From NCBI GenBank assembly GCA_000708835.1, contig DF237165.1:62001-126000 (forward strand): DNA of 64,000 bases. The letters run 5' to 3'. A program made the translations under genes and the position numbers. Below the pieces are notes generated by a model. The model was not told the DNA's origin. It was given only the letters and a program-made list of their open reading frames with translations, and searched no databases. Positions 1-11,918 of the stretch are shown piece after piece (the stretch's first letter is position 1; each line of letters starts with the position of its first letter). This DNA is from Klebsormidium nitens (Eukaryota > Plantae > Klebsormidiophyceae).

Positions 1-1698
1 TTGAGGGTAGACTAGGGGGGCCTGACTGTGACTCTTGTGTGATGGATAGTGAACGAAGATCCAGGACGTCAACTGTAGGGGAGTCGAACAAGCCAGGTGT
101 CCGTTAGGCGATTGATTCGTCGGAGGGAGAGCGCCGAAAAGAACTTTTACTTGTGAAGAATTTTATTCAGGCACGTGTTGATGGAAGTCAAAAGTAAGAC
201 GAGGACCGACAGCCTGCCAATTCCTGGGTCCCCGCTGAGGTCATTAGCCTGCGGACATGTGCCTTATTTTTGCCGTGACATCTAGTGAACGACGGGCCCT
301 CCTTGAGTGCGTCACCGACATCGGATATCGCGTTATTGCTTTTCTTTCTATTTGATGCACGTTCTCATGACATGAAGCATCGACTTGGTGCTGCTACATA
401 TCTTGAACCGTAGTTAGAGCGGTCAAGTAGGACGGAACCGTACTGGAAAAATGTGTCACTTGTACCATACGAAACGTACTGAAACTTAAAGCGGCAGCTT
501 TTTTTCATGACGCTGCCGCTCTGAAATGGGTACATCCCTTTGCCATGGCCATTATGCCCTGATGCCCTAGTTGACGCGCTTTTTTCCTTATGTCTGCGTG
601 AATGCCTGAATGAAATGCATAATCGCCACAAGTGACGGGCTAGTAACCTGCAACGACCTGCTTTACTGCTGAACAGAAGCTTGTTTTTTACATGTTGTAT
701 ATCTCTGTGATCGATGTGACTTCAAAAACACAAATTCTAGATGGCCGGAAGGAGCAGCTCCAAACTGAGCTGTCTGCGCCAGGTGGTTCCAAAACTTGCC
801 TCGATCCTTTATCAATTGTGTGAATGGAAATCAAACTCGACGTCGTTGTTTTGAAGACGGCCCAGAAAGCCTACGACACACTTAAGCAACAATGTGCTGC
901 TAGATAGAGTTGATTATCAATTTGTTCAACATATATATTCTACGACTCATGTGTACAATTTTCTGGGCTCCCTCAAGTGCTCCTTTGATTGCTTCACAAG
1001 CTAGCCATCCCAGGAGAGCCGGCTCCTGAGACTCCGAGGCGCCTGTTCAGGAAGCGGGCCTACTTCTGGCGATCATCAGCATGTGCGCATCCGGCAGTGC
1101 TGTGATCACAGCCATGGTATGTGCGAGGGCGCAAGACATGAGGATGCCCTCGTGATTGCACCGACTTCTTTGAGGATGACCGGCCTGCTAATTACGGCTT
1201 TGATTCAAACAATTCAGAGCTTGCATACGTTCTGTCCAATCGTGAGGGTCATGACTGAGTTGAACGGGAGACTAAAATTCTGGACACATAGAGGGCGCTG
1301 ATGGAAGTCGCACAGTGCTACACTTCCGACTCCGAAGTCGCGGAATCTGAGCACGAAGGTGCAGGCCTTTACGGCCTGCTAGACTCATTCGCTGCAGGAA
1401 CTAAATTTGGACCCTCACTCAATACGTGAAGAAAACGCTGCGGGCTCAGACTTGTGCGTTTCGTATCCGCCTTATACCTCCCTGCAATCAAGATCTTTGC
1501 CCTCACGCCTTCGCTTTTCGCATCCTCGCTCTCCGCCAACGGGGTTGACAACTTCTGATCGGAGACGCCGTGGCGAGCTGCTTCCGGTCCTCCAACTCGA
1601 GCGTAATCCTGAGCCGTCGATCTGCCACGTGGCATCATCGAAACGGCAGGACTCTTCTTTAGCAAGCTGGCCCACAAGAAACCCCCAGACTTTGAGGG

Positions 1699-1854
1699 TA
1701 TAAATGCAGACGCGGTTCCTCCGAGAGGCGCCGACGCCAGAGGCGTTTAAGGGACGGAGTCCCGAGTTCAGGGCTGAGCCCAGGGGGAAACCCGGCCGCC
1801 AGGGCAGAGCCCTGTTCAATGAGTGCCTCCTTCCCCAGGGCAGAGCCCTGTTCA
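1699..1854. repeat. Cluster of short GC-rich hairpins including a perfect 20-bp direct repeat, preceded by a TATAAA
   Basis: CCAGGGCAGAGCCCTGTTCA at 1799-1818 and 1835-1854. Hairpins: CCTC-cga-GAGG (1718), GGCG-ccga-CGCC (1727), GGGAC-gga-GTCCC (1751), GGGC-tga-GCCC (1771), GGG-gaaa-CCC (1784), CAGGGC-aga-GCCCTG (1800, 1836). TATAAA at 1699-1704. Confidence 0.75.
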
Positions 1855-4800
1855 CACCAAATCTTCCCAAACGCACCAAACCACCACTGCCCTTCGACTC
1901 ATCCCTTATTCATGTGTACACGGCCCGCCTCACTACGTACAGGCAGCCCCCTGCACCATCCATGTCTTAAACTCGATGCGGAATTGAGAGTCTGTTCAAA
2001 TTCCTAAAGGCAGCTAGCTGCCTAGTTGGATGAGCGCTGCCATGTTGAGATGACAGCCGACTTCTAGGGTAGACAACCATGTGTTAGAGTAGAGGCAGAA
2101 GCCTGTGAATCGTCCGATTCAAGGTAGGATGAGCACGGCCCGCATGCTTCGCTCAGGAAAGATTGTCGAAATGAGAGGATCCATTTTCTCACAGAGGACC
2201 ACAGAGCAGCACCCTGAGAAGTGCTGATATTATAGAGAACTGGATTCTTTATTATGAGGGTACGGAGCTCAATTGTCACCATTTCAGGTGCCCGCAAAAG
2301 GCGCTCGCTATTAGCACATGGATGCTTCGTTCAAGCAAAATCAAGGGCTTGTACCTTGTTTGCCCCATGCTTGAATTGGTAGCTTTGAACAAAGCCTCGA
2401 CACCTGTCTGCGTTTGTGCACGAAAGTGAGCTGACTAAAGTTGAGGAGATTTGGGGCCCAGTTTCGATAGTTTGAGCGTGCTTTTATCCTATTTACGTTT
2501 TCAGAGTTGACAAGTCGACAAGCAACATGCTGCCGTGCTGGACGGCTCAAAAATGTATCGTTCCTTGGATGCTGCTTTGAAGGCGATGCCAATGACAAGC
2601 AATTGAGTCCTTCTGTGGAGGAGGCCGCATTTTTGTGAAAGAGGCCGCATTTTAGGAGTCCAAGCAATGATTTGCATTTTACTTGGTCAGCAGCAAAAGA
2701 CGCAAAATATGCTGATTGAGCATATTTCGAACACGCGCTAATGATGATCGTCATCACCCGTAGCGCGTTCGTTTCGGCCGTTCCAAAGAGTCCTTGAGTG
2801 CACCGCAGCCCAGTGCAATGCTGACCTCAGCTCCTGCGCGTTTACCAAGGAATTCGAGCCAGCGGTTCAAAGGAACCAAACCGTCCGGAATAAGACAACA
2901 CTGAAACTCACTGGTAAGAGTTTAAAAAAACGCGCGCCGGTAATTAAGCTTCAAGTGCATTCACACCCCGGCCCCGCTAGGGCGCTGTTTTGGGTGGAGA
3001 GAGTTGCAGGGGTGCGGGCGTCGACGGTTTGGCAGGCGTGAAAGCAGTGTTGGGGGAGCATAGAGAAGCCAAGGCCGGTTCTCAAACGCTTCTGACAGGG
3101 AAGGCGTGTAGTGAGGGTGCGTGGCTGGCACATTGCACGTTTTGCATTGTGCAAACCAGGACTTTTGCTATTAGATTAAAGCGGCCAAGTTGGAAGAGAT
3201 ATGCTGAACTCCGCGAAGAATCATGCCTACGAATTAGGACGCCATCCCACCAGAGCATGGTCACGGCGGGCCTTACCGCAGGTCAACTTTTTGCCAACGA
3301 ATATCAGGACCTTTTCTACTGGTCTCTCGTCCAGATGCCTGGTGATTCTTACAAAGATGCACAGGGTTTTCCACAAAGGAATCCTTGGAACAATGAATGC
3401 AAGTGTCAGACTCACTCCGATAAGGAATCTTGCCGCCGAAGGATTGTCTATTCTTTCTTATTTCTCGAACATTTTTGATTGAAACCAACGGTTCGCGTGC
3501 AGGAGGATAGCTAAAAATCGGTAAAACGTCCTCTCTAGGGGGATCCCTTCCGCCTCCGGGCACCCGTTAATCAAACGTATGCAGCATGAAGTTTCATGAA
3601 TGAAGAAATAGATTTCTATATATTAAGTCATTGGCGCTGCGTTGAATGACGATCGGGCGAACATGCAGGGGGTGAGACGGCGCAGATCAAAGCCCGGGAA
3701 GCAATCTGACGGCAAAAAGGCCGAGAATTGTCTTGATGCAATCATGCCTCTGGTAGTTGTGGCAACAAGAGCGACGAGGAGAAGAGACGCTAAAGAGGTG
3801 CGAATCCGTGTGGAGCAAAGCCGATAGAAACATTGCAAGCTAACCTCGCAAGTCTTGTCGTCTCCCGTCAGTCCAGCAGGCCCTGAAGGACTTCTAAGGA
3901 CTCCCATCCGCAGCGAATCTAGGTGCTGATGAGTTTCTCTAAAACGTTCTGCAACCAGCTCATTAATCGAAGCGACATGGCAGCAGATGTAAGCTCGCCC
4001 GAAACTTCCGCGCTCGCATATACAGCGCTGCTCAGAAGGGGATTTGTTCCGTTCGAGAGGCAGCCCTGAGGAAGCGCACCTCTTGAAAGCGACTTCTGAA
4101 GCAAACTCTGCGCGCTGAAAGGAGCATCGTAAACACTCACGCTCGAATATGTTCGGCCGAAAACGAATGAACATGCCGTCTAGGCCTGCCACATGTCATA
4201 GTCTTGACCGGCTCCTCCGGTACGAAATGGTTGTCAGGGGCGCAGACGCAGAAAGCGTCATCGGAGTGGGAACAGCATGCCGACAGAGGGAGTTTACGTA
4301 AGCCAAGATGCGAGGCTTGCAACAATGGAGCAACTTCTGACAAGTGCCGGCAAAATTTTAGGAGGATGTGACCGAGCTCTACGAAATGGCAGCGAGACGT
4401 CCTTACACGGCCTCATAAGATTGAGAATCATTCCGGAACCTTGACGCCGAGACTTCGTGTGCCGAAGGTACGCTCTGGACAGCTGTCTGCTTGATGAGAG
4501 ACACCATTGATTAGAAGCGAAAGTAAGCACCACCAATTCTGCATCTTGATCTCATACCGAGCCTACTGTCGACGGCTGTCATCGCACGTAACGAGCAGCT
4601 GTCACACTGACGGAAATAGAGTGGCCTCAGTTGCCTCAGTTCGTCTGGCCGCCCAAACAAAAATCAAACACAGCCCGGCGATAGCTAGCTGAATATTGTT
4701 TGGCTTCCAGTCGAAGATTGTCAAGAAGAGCTACGCTGTCCGAAACAAATCGTAAGCAGGCAATATTTGTAAGATGCATTAAATCTACTTCAAGCTCCAT

Positions 4801-5876
4801 ATCCGAAGGAGACCCCTGGAAAACAAGGAGCAAAATTCCTAGCACTACGTGTTTCGAGTTTGATCCGGATTTCACTGGCATATGCAAGCGGCCGCTGGAA
4901 GACCGTGAGCTAAAATAAGGCTTGAGCTCCAAAGCTCCTCTATTCAAATCGAAGCGGCCTTTCCGTGAAAGGACATGCGGATTATACCAAAGCCATCTTC
5001 ATCCTTTTTTGAGAAAGCGACTTGCTTTATAAGGACTGGAGTATGCGTACAGCTGGAGTCATCAAGAGGGACAAGACCCAGCAAAATTTGTGAATCCGTT
5101 TGAGTACGGTAGATGGTCGGCTTCGGTTGCAAGCAACATCAAGAAACCATGCAGGCTAGCTAGTTGGTAGCATTCGTATAGTATCCCGATCAGCAGTAAT
5201 ATACAAGTTTCAAAGCTGACAAATTAATGGAGGTCGCGGTTGTCAAAATCGTCGCTATTGCAAGGACAGCAAGGACACGGGGTTGTAAGTTTGTTCTGGA
5301 CGTCGTACGTTGGAAAACCTGAGACCACGAGGCTCGTGCAACCTTAGTTTCACGCGGAGTCATGATCCGGCCGTTTATCCATATCGTGGAGTCAACAGCT
5401 GAGTTCCGCGCAAGCGAGAATTAACAAGCTGTGTTAACCTCGTAACAACCATATCGTTGGGCTCAACTTATCACAAGTGCCGATTGAGCCGCACTGCGGC
5501 ACCGCAAGCGCCGCAAGTTAGTGCGAACTGGATGCAGAGGATGCCGACTAACCGGCATGTGCGGTAGCTGAGACCAGACGTAGCTCCGACTGGCTACGGT
5601 GATTTTTTTGTCTGATAATCAATCATGCCGATTGTTGCGCCTGTCAAGGGACCAGGTCCAGTTTAAAACAAAGTTAGCCATTTTGAGTGACTTTTGTTTC
5701 CTGAAAAATGCGGTTCACTACATGAAGAGCCTGCAACGTCATCATGCTTCTCACGTAAGTTGTTCTCCTACCCGAGAGTACGGTTAGCAAACACACTATC
5801 CAGGCGCTGATTCTCTGTCGCCTCAAGGTTCCTACTGACAAAAGGGCGATGCAGTTCAAAGAACACCAGAAGAAAG

Positions 5877-5918
5877 AGCTGAATTGGCATAGCTGAATTG
5901 GCATAGCTGAATTGGCAT
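5877..5918. repeat. Perfect 14-bp tandem repeat x3 (AGCTGAATTGGCAT)
   Basis: Three identical units at 5877, 5891 and 5905. Confidence 0.95.
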
Positions 5919-6841
5919 AAGGCGACAAAGGGGCTGAACTTGCTATTGGCCAGCCGTCAAGTTTGATGATCGGGTGACACCTTTGGTGGGGACGATCCGT
6001 CCAACTACCGTAGATACTGGCATATAAGCGCCCGCAGGATATTGCCCGGTGCTGCTCTGCTCGTCAGTGCTACCTACCGTGCTTCATATAGGTACGGTAG
6101 GCTAAGGTAAGGTACCCTAGGTACGGTACGTCGTTGTGTTGCGGCGCCCCAGCAAGGTCTTCCTTACCGTACGGTATTCGCCTGCCAGGCATCGAAGGAT
6201 AGGGGTATCCACAGGCGGCCGGCAAGAGAGCTAGACCTGGCTGGCCGAGACAGGACCCCGGCCGGTGCCGAAGGCACCGTTGCGGCGTTGGCTGGTTGGC
6301 CGGCAGAAAAGGCCCAGGCAGACTTTTGGTGAACTCCGCCAGCCGGTCAAGACAAATGCCGACCGCCGAGCCGCCAGAACCGGGTATGTCCAGCAGCTAG
6401 CCGGCCGGGACAAAAGTCCGTCGCAAAACCCTGGCTGCGGTCGCTACGGCCAAGCTAGCAAGTACGGTACCTATTTGGCCTCACCTACATATTATCTAGT
6501 GCAGCTACATACTAGCTAGTGTCGGTACGTACCTGCCGCCGTCTACCGTTTCTACCGTTAAACTGATACGACTACCAGTAACTAGGGACCCTGAAAAAGT
6601 CGTGAAACCTCGTCCAGGCCTTCGGCGCACGGCAAATCCGGTAGAGGTCTTCTTGACAACGTCAGTTGACGTTCCAGCAGCACGTTATCAGGAACGGTGT
6701 GTTAACCTAGGTACCGTAGTTGTTGCACACAGTCGGCCAATCATTGGCACCGAAGTCTCGGGGATCTTGCAATCGTTGTTTTGTCCCCAACTGCACAAGC
6801 TACGCCGGCTTTGGGACACCCTAATTGATTAAATCTGTGGG

Positions 6842-6850
6842 TATATAAAA
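6842..6850 (+). promoter_or_regulatory. Candidate TATA box upstream of the FAD oxidoreductase gene
   Basis: TATATAAAA about 720 bp upstream of the ATG at 7568. A pyrimidine-rich acceptor (ctttctctgtcag, ending 7523) suggests a 5'UTR intron lies between them. Confidence 0.35.
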
Positions 6851-7567
6851 GGTGATCTGAATCTTCATTTTGACTTTCCGGTCTACAGCGAACGTACAGC
6901 GGTTTGAGTCAACTTGCAATCGAGTTCCGTTTGTTCTCAGCCCGGTTTCTGATCTTGACCCTTCCGATCCTTCCTTGTCGTCGATCCAACGGTCACAGAG
7001 AAATCATGATAAGTGCAATTGGAACCCGGTGGCAGGTTTGACGCAAACTGAGCTGTATTTCTGATGTACACTTACAAAATCCTCAATACGGGGACTCTTT
7101 TGTACCCAATTTACATCGAAAATCACCAACAAAAGTTTACGGACAGACGTATCGACGATCAGGCGCAGCTACAAGCTGACGCTATCCAAATCGGACGTCC
7201 CACATCCGAAGATTACTTTTAGTTCCATGCATTAATTTTCCCTCCTGTAAGCCGGGTGTACAGTATTGTACCGGTCGGTGCCGGCTGTACACGCATCGTA
7301 CAGTACCGTATGCGGGTATGCCGTAGGAACGGTTGTGGTAGCTGGAGACATTACTAGGTATTAGCTGAATCCGCCAGGGAACAAGTTGTACAGTACCACT
7401 GCAATGGGTGCATTTCGCAACTACAAAGTGCATCCAGCTCTTGAAACTCGAGAGGGTCGAGAGTTGTCAAATGATGCTGTTGAAGCCCGTGCTCAGCTTT
7501 CCTCTCCTTGCTTTCTCTGTCAGCTAGCCGACCCTCCACTGCCAGCACCCCGCCTGCAATCCAGAGC

Positions 7568-10500
7568 ATGTCCTCGCGCACCCCCATCGTCAGCATGAAG
7601 GTCGCCATCGTCGGTGCCGGCATCTCCGGCCTCTCTGCTGCCTCCGTGCTGGCCAAGGCGGGCCACCGTGTGACCATCTTTGAGAAGAGTGCGCAGCTAG
7701 GGGGGCACGCTAGGACGGTGCTGGTGGACGGAACGCCCGTTGACGTGGGCTTCCAGCTGCTCAACAGGCAAGTCGGGGATTGCGTGCAGCTGCAGTTCGT
7801 GAATTACGCGTTCTGTGATGTCTTGCGTGCATTGTCTTGCTTTTAATTTGTGAGCTGCAACACAGACGAGGGCGAATAAGTGGAGACAGTGACTGGAGAC
7901 AGTGATAGTGAGTAAGTAGACTGCGGCAATTCTGTTACACTGCCAGGCTTCTGGGGCTGCTGAGCGAATGTAATGCTTCTTGACAATCACTGACGTCCAA
8001 GATTCTGATTCACCTTTACACCCCATGATTGCACCTTGAATAGGAGTGAGTCAGTGCGCCCCGCCTCAGTCTGCAACTCTGCTACAGTAGCTTCCTTCGT
8101 GCTCACCGGTTTGAAACCCTGAAGGTGGAAAACAGGCACGGCTGAAAGAGTTGTTGCACCCTCCAGAAAGATTGCCTTCAGTTTGTCAAAGCCCATTGGA
8201 GACAATTCCTTCCAAGGACCAAGCCTTGCTGATCATACATTCAAGGTATCCTAGCACATGAAGCACAGTGCAAGCTGCCATTGCATTTCTTCAATGTGAA
8301 CATTTCCACCTCCTGGAACCCCTTGGCCCAAGATTTGAATCAGAGCATGTCCCCAATGTCCCCCCAGTCTCCTGTTTCTCATACCCCCTTTCCCCTTGCC
8401 CCTTGCAGAACGACGTACCCCACCCTGGTCCGCTTCTTGGGAGAGTACCAGGTTGAGCTGGAGCCGTCCCCCCTGACCTTCGCTTTTGACTTCACTGACA
8501 CCCCGGCGCAAGGCCCCTCCAGTGCCGACCTGGCCCTCTTTGCTGAGGACGCGCTTTCCTTCTTGGAGGCTGCTCCCCAGCCCGAGGTCACCCTGGGCCA
8601 CTTCCTGGAGGGGGGGGGCTACTCTGCCGCGTTCCAGAGGGGCTATCTGGTGCCGGTCTGCGCAGCGGTCTGGTTCACGAGCAAGGAGGCCATTCTGGGG
8701 GCGTCGGCGTACACAGTGCTCAGCTTCTTGCGGGACCACAAGATGCTCCAGGTGAGATTAGGAATGGGGCGGGGGCCTTTGCAAGGGAGCAATTTGAGGT
8801 ACTGGGGCAGGAAAAGGGGAGGAATTTGGAAGTTCTGGAAGTTCTGGACTACATTGCAGACCTAAGGCCACAGCGTGTGCCAATGCATTCAGTGAATGGA
8901 TCCTTGAAAGGAGGGGGCGGTGCTGGCAAACGTGGCAATGTGTGCGGGGATTGTCACAATGTGTGGGCTTTTTATGTAGAAGGGATCCCTCAGTCAGTCT
9001 CTGAGATGCAATCACGAGTGAAAAACGTCTCGCTGTGCTATTTGTGCAATTCTTCAAAAATAGGTCCTCTGAATGTCATCAGAAGCCAGAAATGCATGCA
9101 TGCTGCAGGTAGTAAGACTGAAGCTCTTGGAAGAGGGAGCGCCATGGTCCTCAGGACTTCAAGACAGTCCCCCAGCCAAGAAGGTTGTGTGGCCCCCCTA
9201 CTGTGCACTACTAAGGCCTCCGGCCTGCATGTATTCCTCCAGGTTCTAGCAGGGATGCGCCTGTGTGACCTCAGACACTGGCAATGCAAGTGACTGAGCC
9301 GAACATGTGCTTCCCTGCAGGCGTCTGGGCGCCTGGACTGGTTGACGGTCAAGGGGCGGACCCAGACTTACATCAGCAAGGTCGTGAGCAGCCTTAAGGA
9401 GCATGGTGTTCAGATTCTCACTAACTCCCCTGTTGCAGCAATTGAGAGGACAGCCGCAGGTGCGTTCAAGTTCTTAGCGCCAAGGGCACAGTTTCTCAAC
9501 AGCCTGCACTGTATACTTGAATGGTAGCCTGCACTGTATGCTTCAGTGCTTCTATCTGATAGGATGCTTTGTATGCAGTGTAGAAGTGTGTCATGTCCCC
9601 ATCTTGAGGGTGAACTCCTGCATCGCATGTAACAATCATGCCCAACTTGATTAACTTTTATGTTGCAGAATGGATGAGAATCCGCTAAGCTCAATGCACG
9701 CACGGCCCTGCATTTTCATCAATGTCGTTTAAAAACACTGTTTGAAAGGCTAAGCCTATGAGGTGCCTGCTGCAGGCGTGACCATCACTGCCAACGGGGT
9801 CTCCGCCACCTTTGACAAGCTGGTGCTTGCCACCCACGCCCCCGACGCCCTGGCCCTGCTTGGAGAGGGCGCCACCCCTGCGGAAAAGGCGGTTTTGGGG
9901 GCTTTCACGTACAACAAGAGGTGGGCTTATTCTCAATTACCACCCAGTGACATGCCCGCTCCAGTGAGCAAGCAATCAATACACCGCCTGCCTGGTTACA
10001 GCATAATGGTATACAGCACATGGAATCGTAGGGTGCTCTGGGATTTTCGCAAAGAGTGGCGCACTCTGCTGCAGTTGCAATCGTCCACAGTTTTCTCCCC
10101 TTCGTCAAGGGACTACGTTCTCGGTGCTTGCTGGGCCCGTCTCAGGCCGGCTCCGATTCATCTTACAGTATGCGCATGAAAGACTCGGACACGAAGTGCC
10201 CAGGTGTCTGGCCCGTGCACCATATCCGCCATTCCCCCCCTGGCCGCCCCTGGCCGCCCTGAGCACTGACCTTTCCCCCCCAAACGTGCAGCACTCTGGT
10301 ACTCCACCGCGACGCGGCCCTGATGCCCGCGGACCGCGCTACCTGGGGCGCCTGGAACTTCGTGGGCTCCGCCGCAGGGGCCTCCTCCGTCACCTACTGG
10401 CTCAACAAGCTCCAGGTGGGCGTCTGTTTATTCGGCACATATTTACGGTTATGTTTTCCTTGGCTGGCGCCAGGGCCGAAACTTTGTTGAGTATCTCAGT

Positions 10501-11918
10501 ACATTTCCTGGCTGGCCGTTTGACGCTGTCCCCTGAATCGGAAGACCTCCACTAAAAGTGCAAGCTCATTGCTGTCGTTCACAGCAAATAATTCTTGTGA
10601 TTCGCCGCTCAATCCCCGTCGGTTTCTCAACCCTGTGGCTTGGACCACCAAAGGTTGTAGCTTGTTTTGGATGTAACGAGGCATCGTCCTTGTCCTTTAA
10701 CTGCGCTGTCTTTGTCCTTTGAAGCCGACCTTTTTGGATTGCAACCACAATCACTTGCCCAACAATTGCACAAATCAGGTGGCCTGGATGCCCAGTTGCG
10801 CTGTGTCCTGACGTCCGAGTGGTTTGCGTTGCCGCAGCACCTGGAGCGCGCTGCGCCGCTCTTCCTGACCATCAACCCGCACGTGCCCCCCCGCCACGTG
10901 GTGGACGGCGACTATCCCTGGCTGCACCAGGGGCCCCACCCCGACGCCGCGGCCGCCAATGCGCATGTTGCGCAGCTGCAGGGGGGCAACAACACCTGGT
11001 TTGCGGGCGCCTACCAGGTATGTACCGCTAATGCGCACTTGATCGAGGGGCGGCTGATGGCCAGCCAGGACGGAACGGCTGGTCGATTTGCCCAGTTATT
11101 GGCCGGATCCATTCTGCTCTGTTACTCCTGCGGTGCACTCTGCAATTCACCAGCAACCGTTCATCAAATGAGCAACTGGAAGCCCTTGCTATGTGAACGC
11201 TATGTCCTTCATGATGGGCCAACACTCGCTGGCAAAGAACGGGACCGCTCTAGCAGCCTGCAGCGCAACAGAAGCTCCTGTGCATTTTCGTTGGGCGTCA
11301 TTAGGTCGCCTCTTAGTCCACTTTTGCTTATCTCGGTGTCCGCAAGCAACTGCTTCAGCTCGGGTCACATTCTTGACGGCTTCAAACGTCGCTGCTTGGA
11401 CTACATCCTTTTGACTACTAGCTTCTCGAGTGGGGCGGGGTCCCCCTCGCGGCTGTTTGTAAAATCCGACGGGCTAATACTCGGTCTACATTGGCGCAGG
11501 GCTTCGGCTTCCACGAGGACGGCTGCAAGGCCGGCATGGCCGCCGCCCTCAGCCTCCTGGGCGACACCACGCCTGCCCCTGTCGCCGTGGAGGCGCTCCC
11601 TCTCGCCTTCAAGGGTTGCAAGCCGTTGGCACCCATCGAAGGTGAGGCAGACATAGTTACTGTGAGCGTTTGCGAAACGATGTGGGACGGCGGCTTTCAC
11701 GACTTGACGACTCCCTTTGCACTTGAAGGCCCGCCTAAAGTCCTGCCTGCGCTGCTATGCCTTAAAACCCTCATTTCTGCATAAGATAAAGTGCTGCCAA
11801 ACAACTCAGAATGATGTCGTGACGACTTGGCGAGGGAATTCCACACACGTGCACCTTTAGCTCATTGATTGGCTGGAATGATGCAGGGCCTCTCAAGGCG
11901 GAGTCTACCATGGCTTAG
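7568..11918 (+). CDS. FAD-dependent oxidoreductase (amine-oxidase fold) homologous to the N-terminal domain of plant cyclopropane fatty-acid synthase; 8 exons, ~434 aa
   Basis: Exons 7568-7767 (GC donor gcaagt), 8409-8751, 9321-9459, 9776-9920, 10292-10415, 10838-11017, 11500-11641 and probably 11887-11918. All phases are compatible (1305 nt). Motifs: [16 protein letters not shown]...G..V..FEK...LGGHA (GxGxxG FAD site), [66 protein letters not shown]. The last exon is the least certain. An alternative start is 7595. Confidence 0.88.

Noticed and set aside
490-520. Hairpin AGCGGCAGC...GCTGCCGCT with a T-rich loop
   Set aside because: It is a single 9-bp stem in eukaryotic DNA, not a bacterial-type terminator, and is compatible with chance.
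1369-1677. Minus-strand ORF (MMPRGRSTAQDY...) as the first exon of a gene running toward 365-631
   Set aside because: I could not build a phase-consistent model or recognise a domain.
6938-6969. Similarity to 60044-60070 (CAGCCCGG...CCTTCCGATC)
   Set aside because: The matches are only 8 and 10 nt with different spacing, too short to call a repeat.
7197-7240. GTCCCACATCCG resembling the plant snRNA upstream sequence element
   Set aside because: There is no proper TATA at the expected spacing and no recognisable U-snRNA, 7SL or tRNA sequence downstream.
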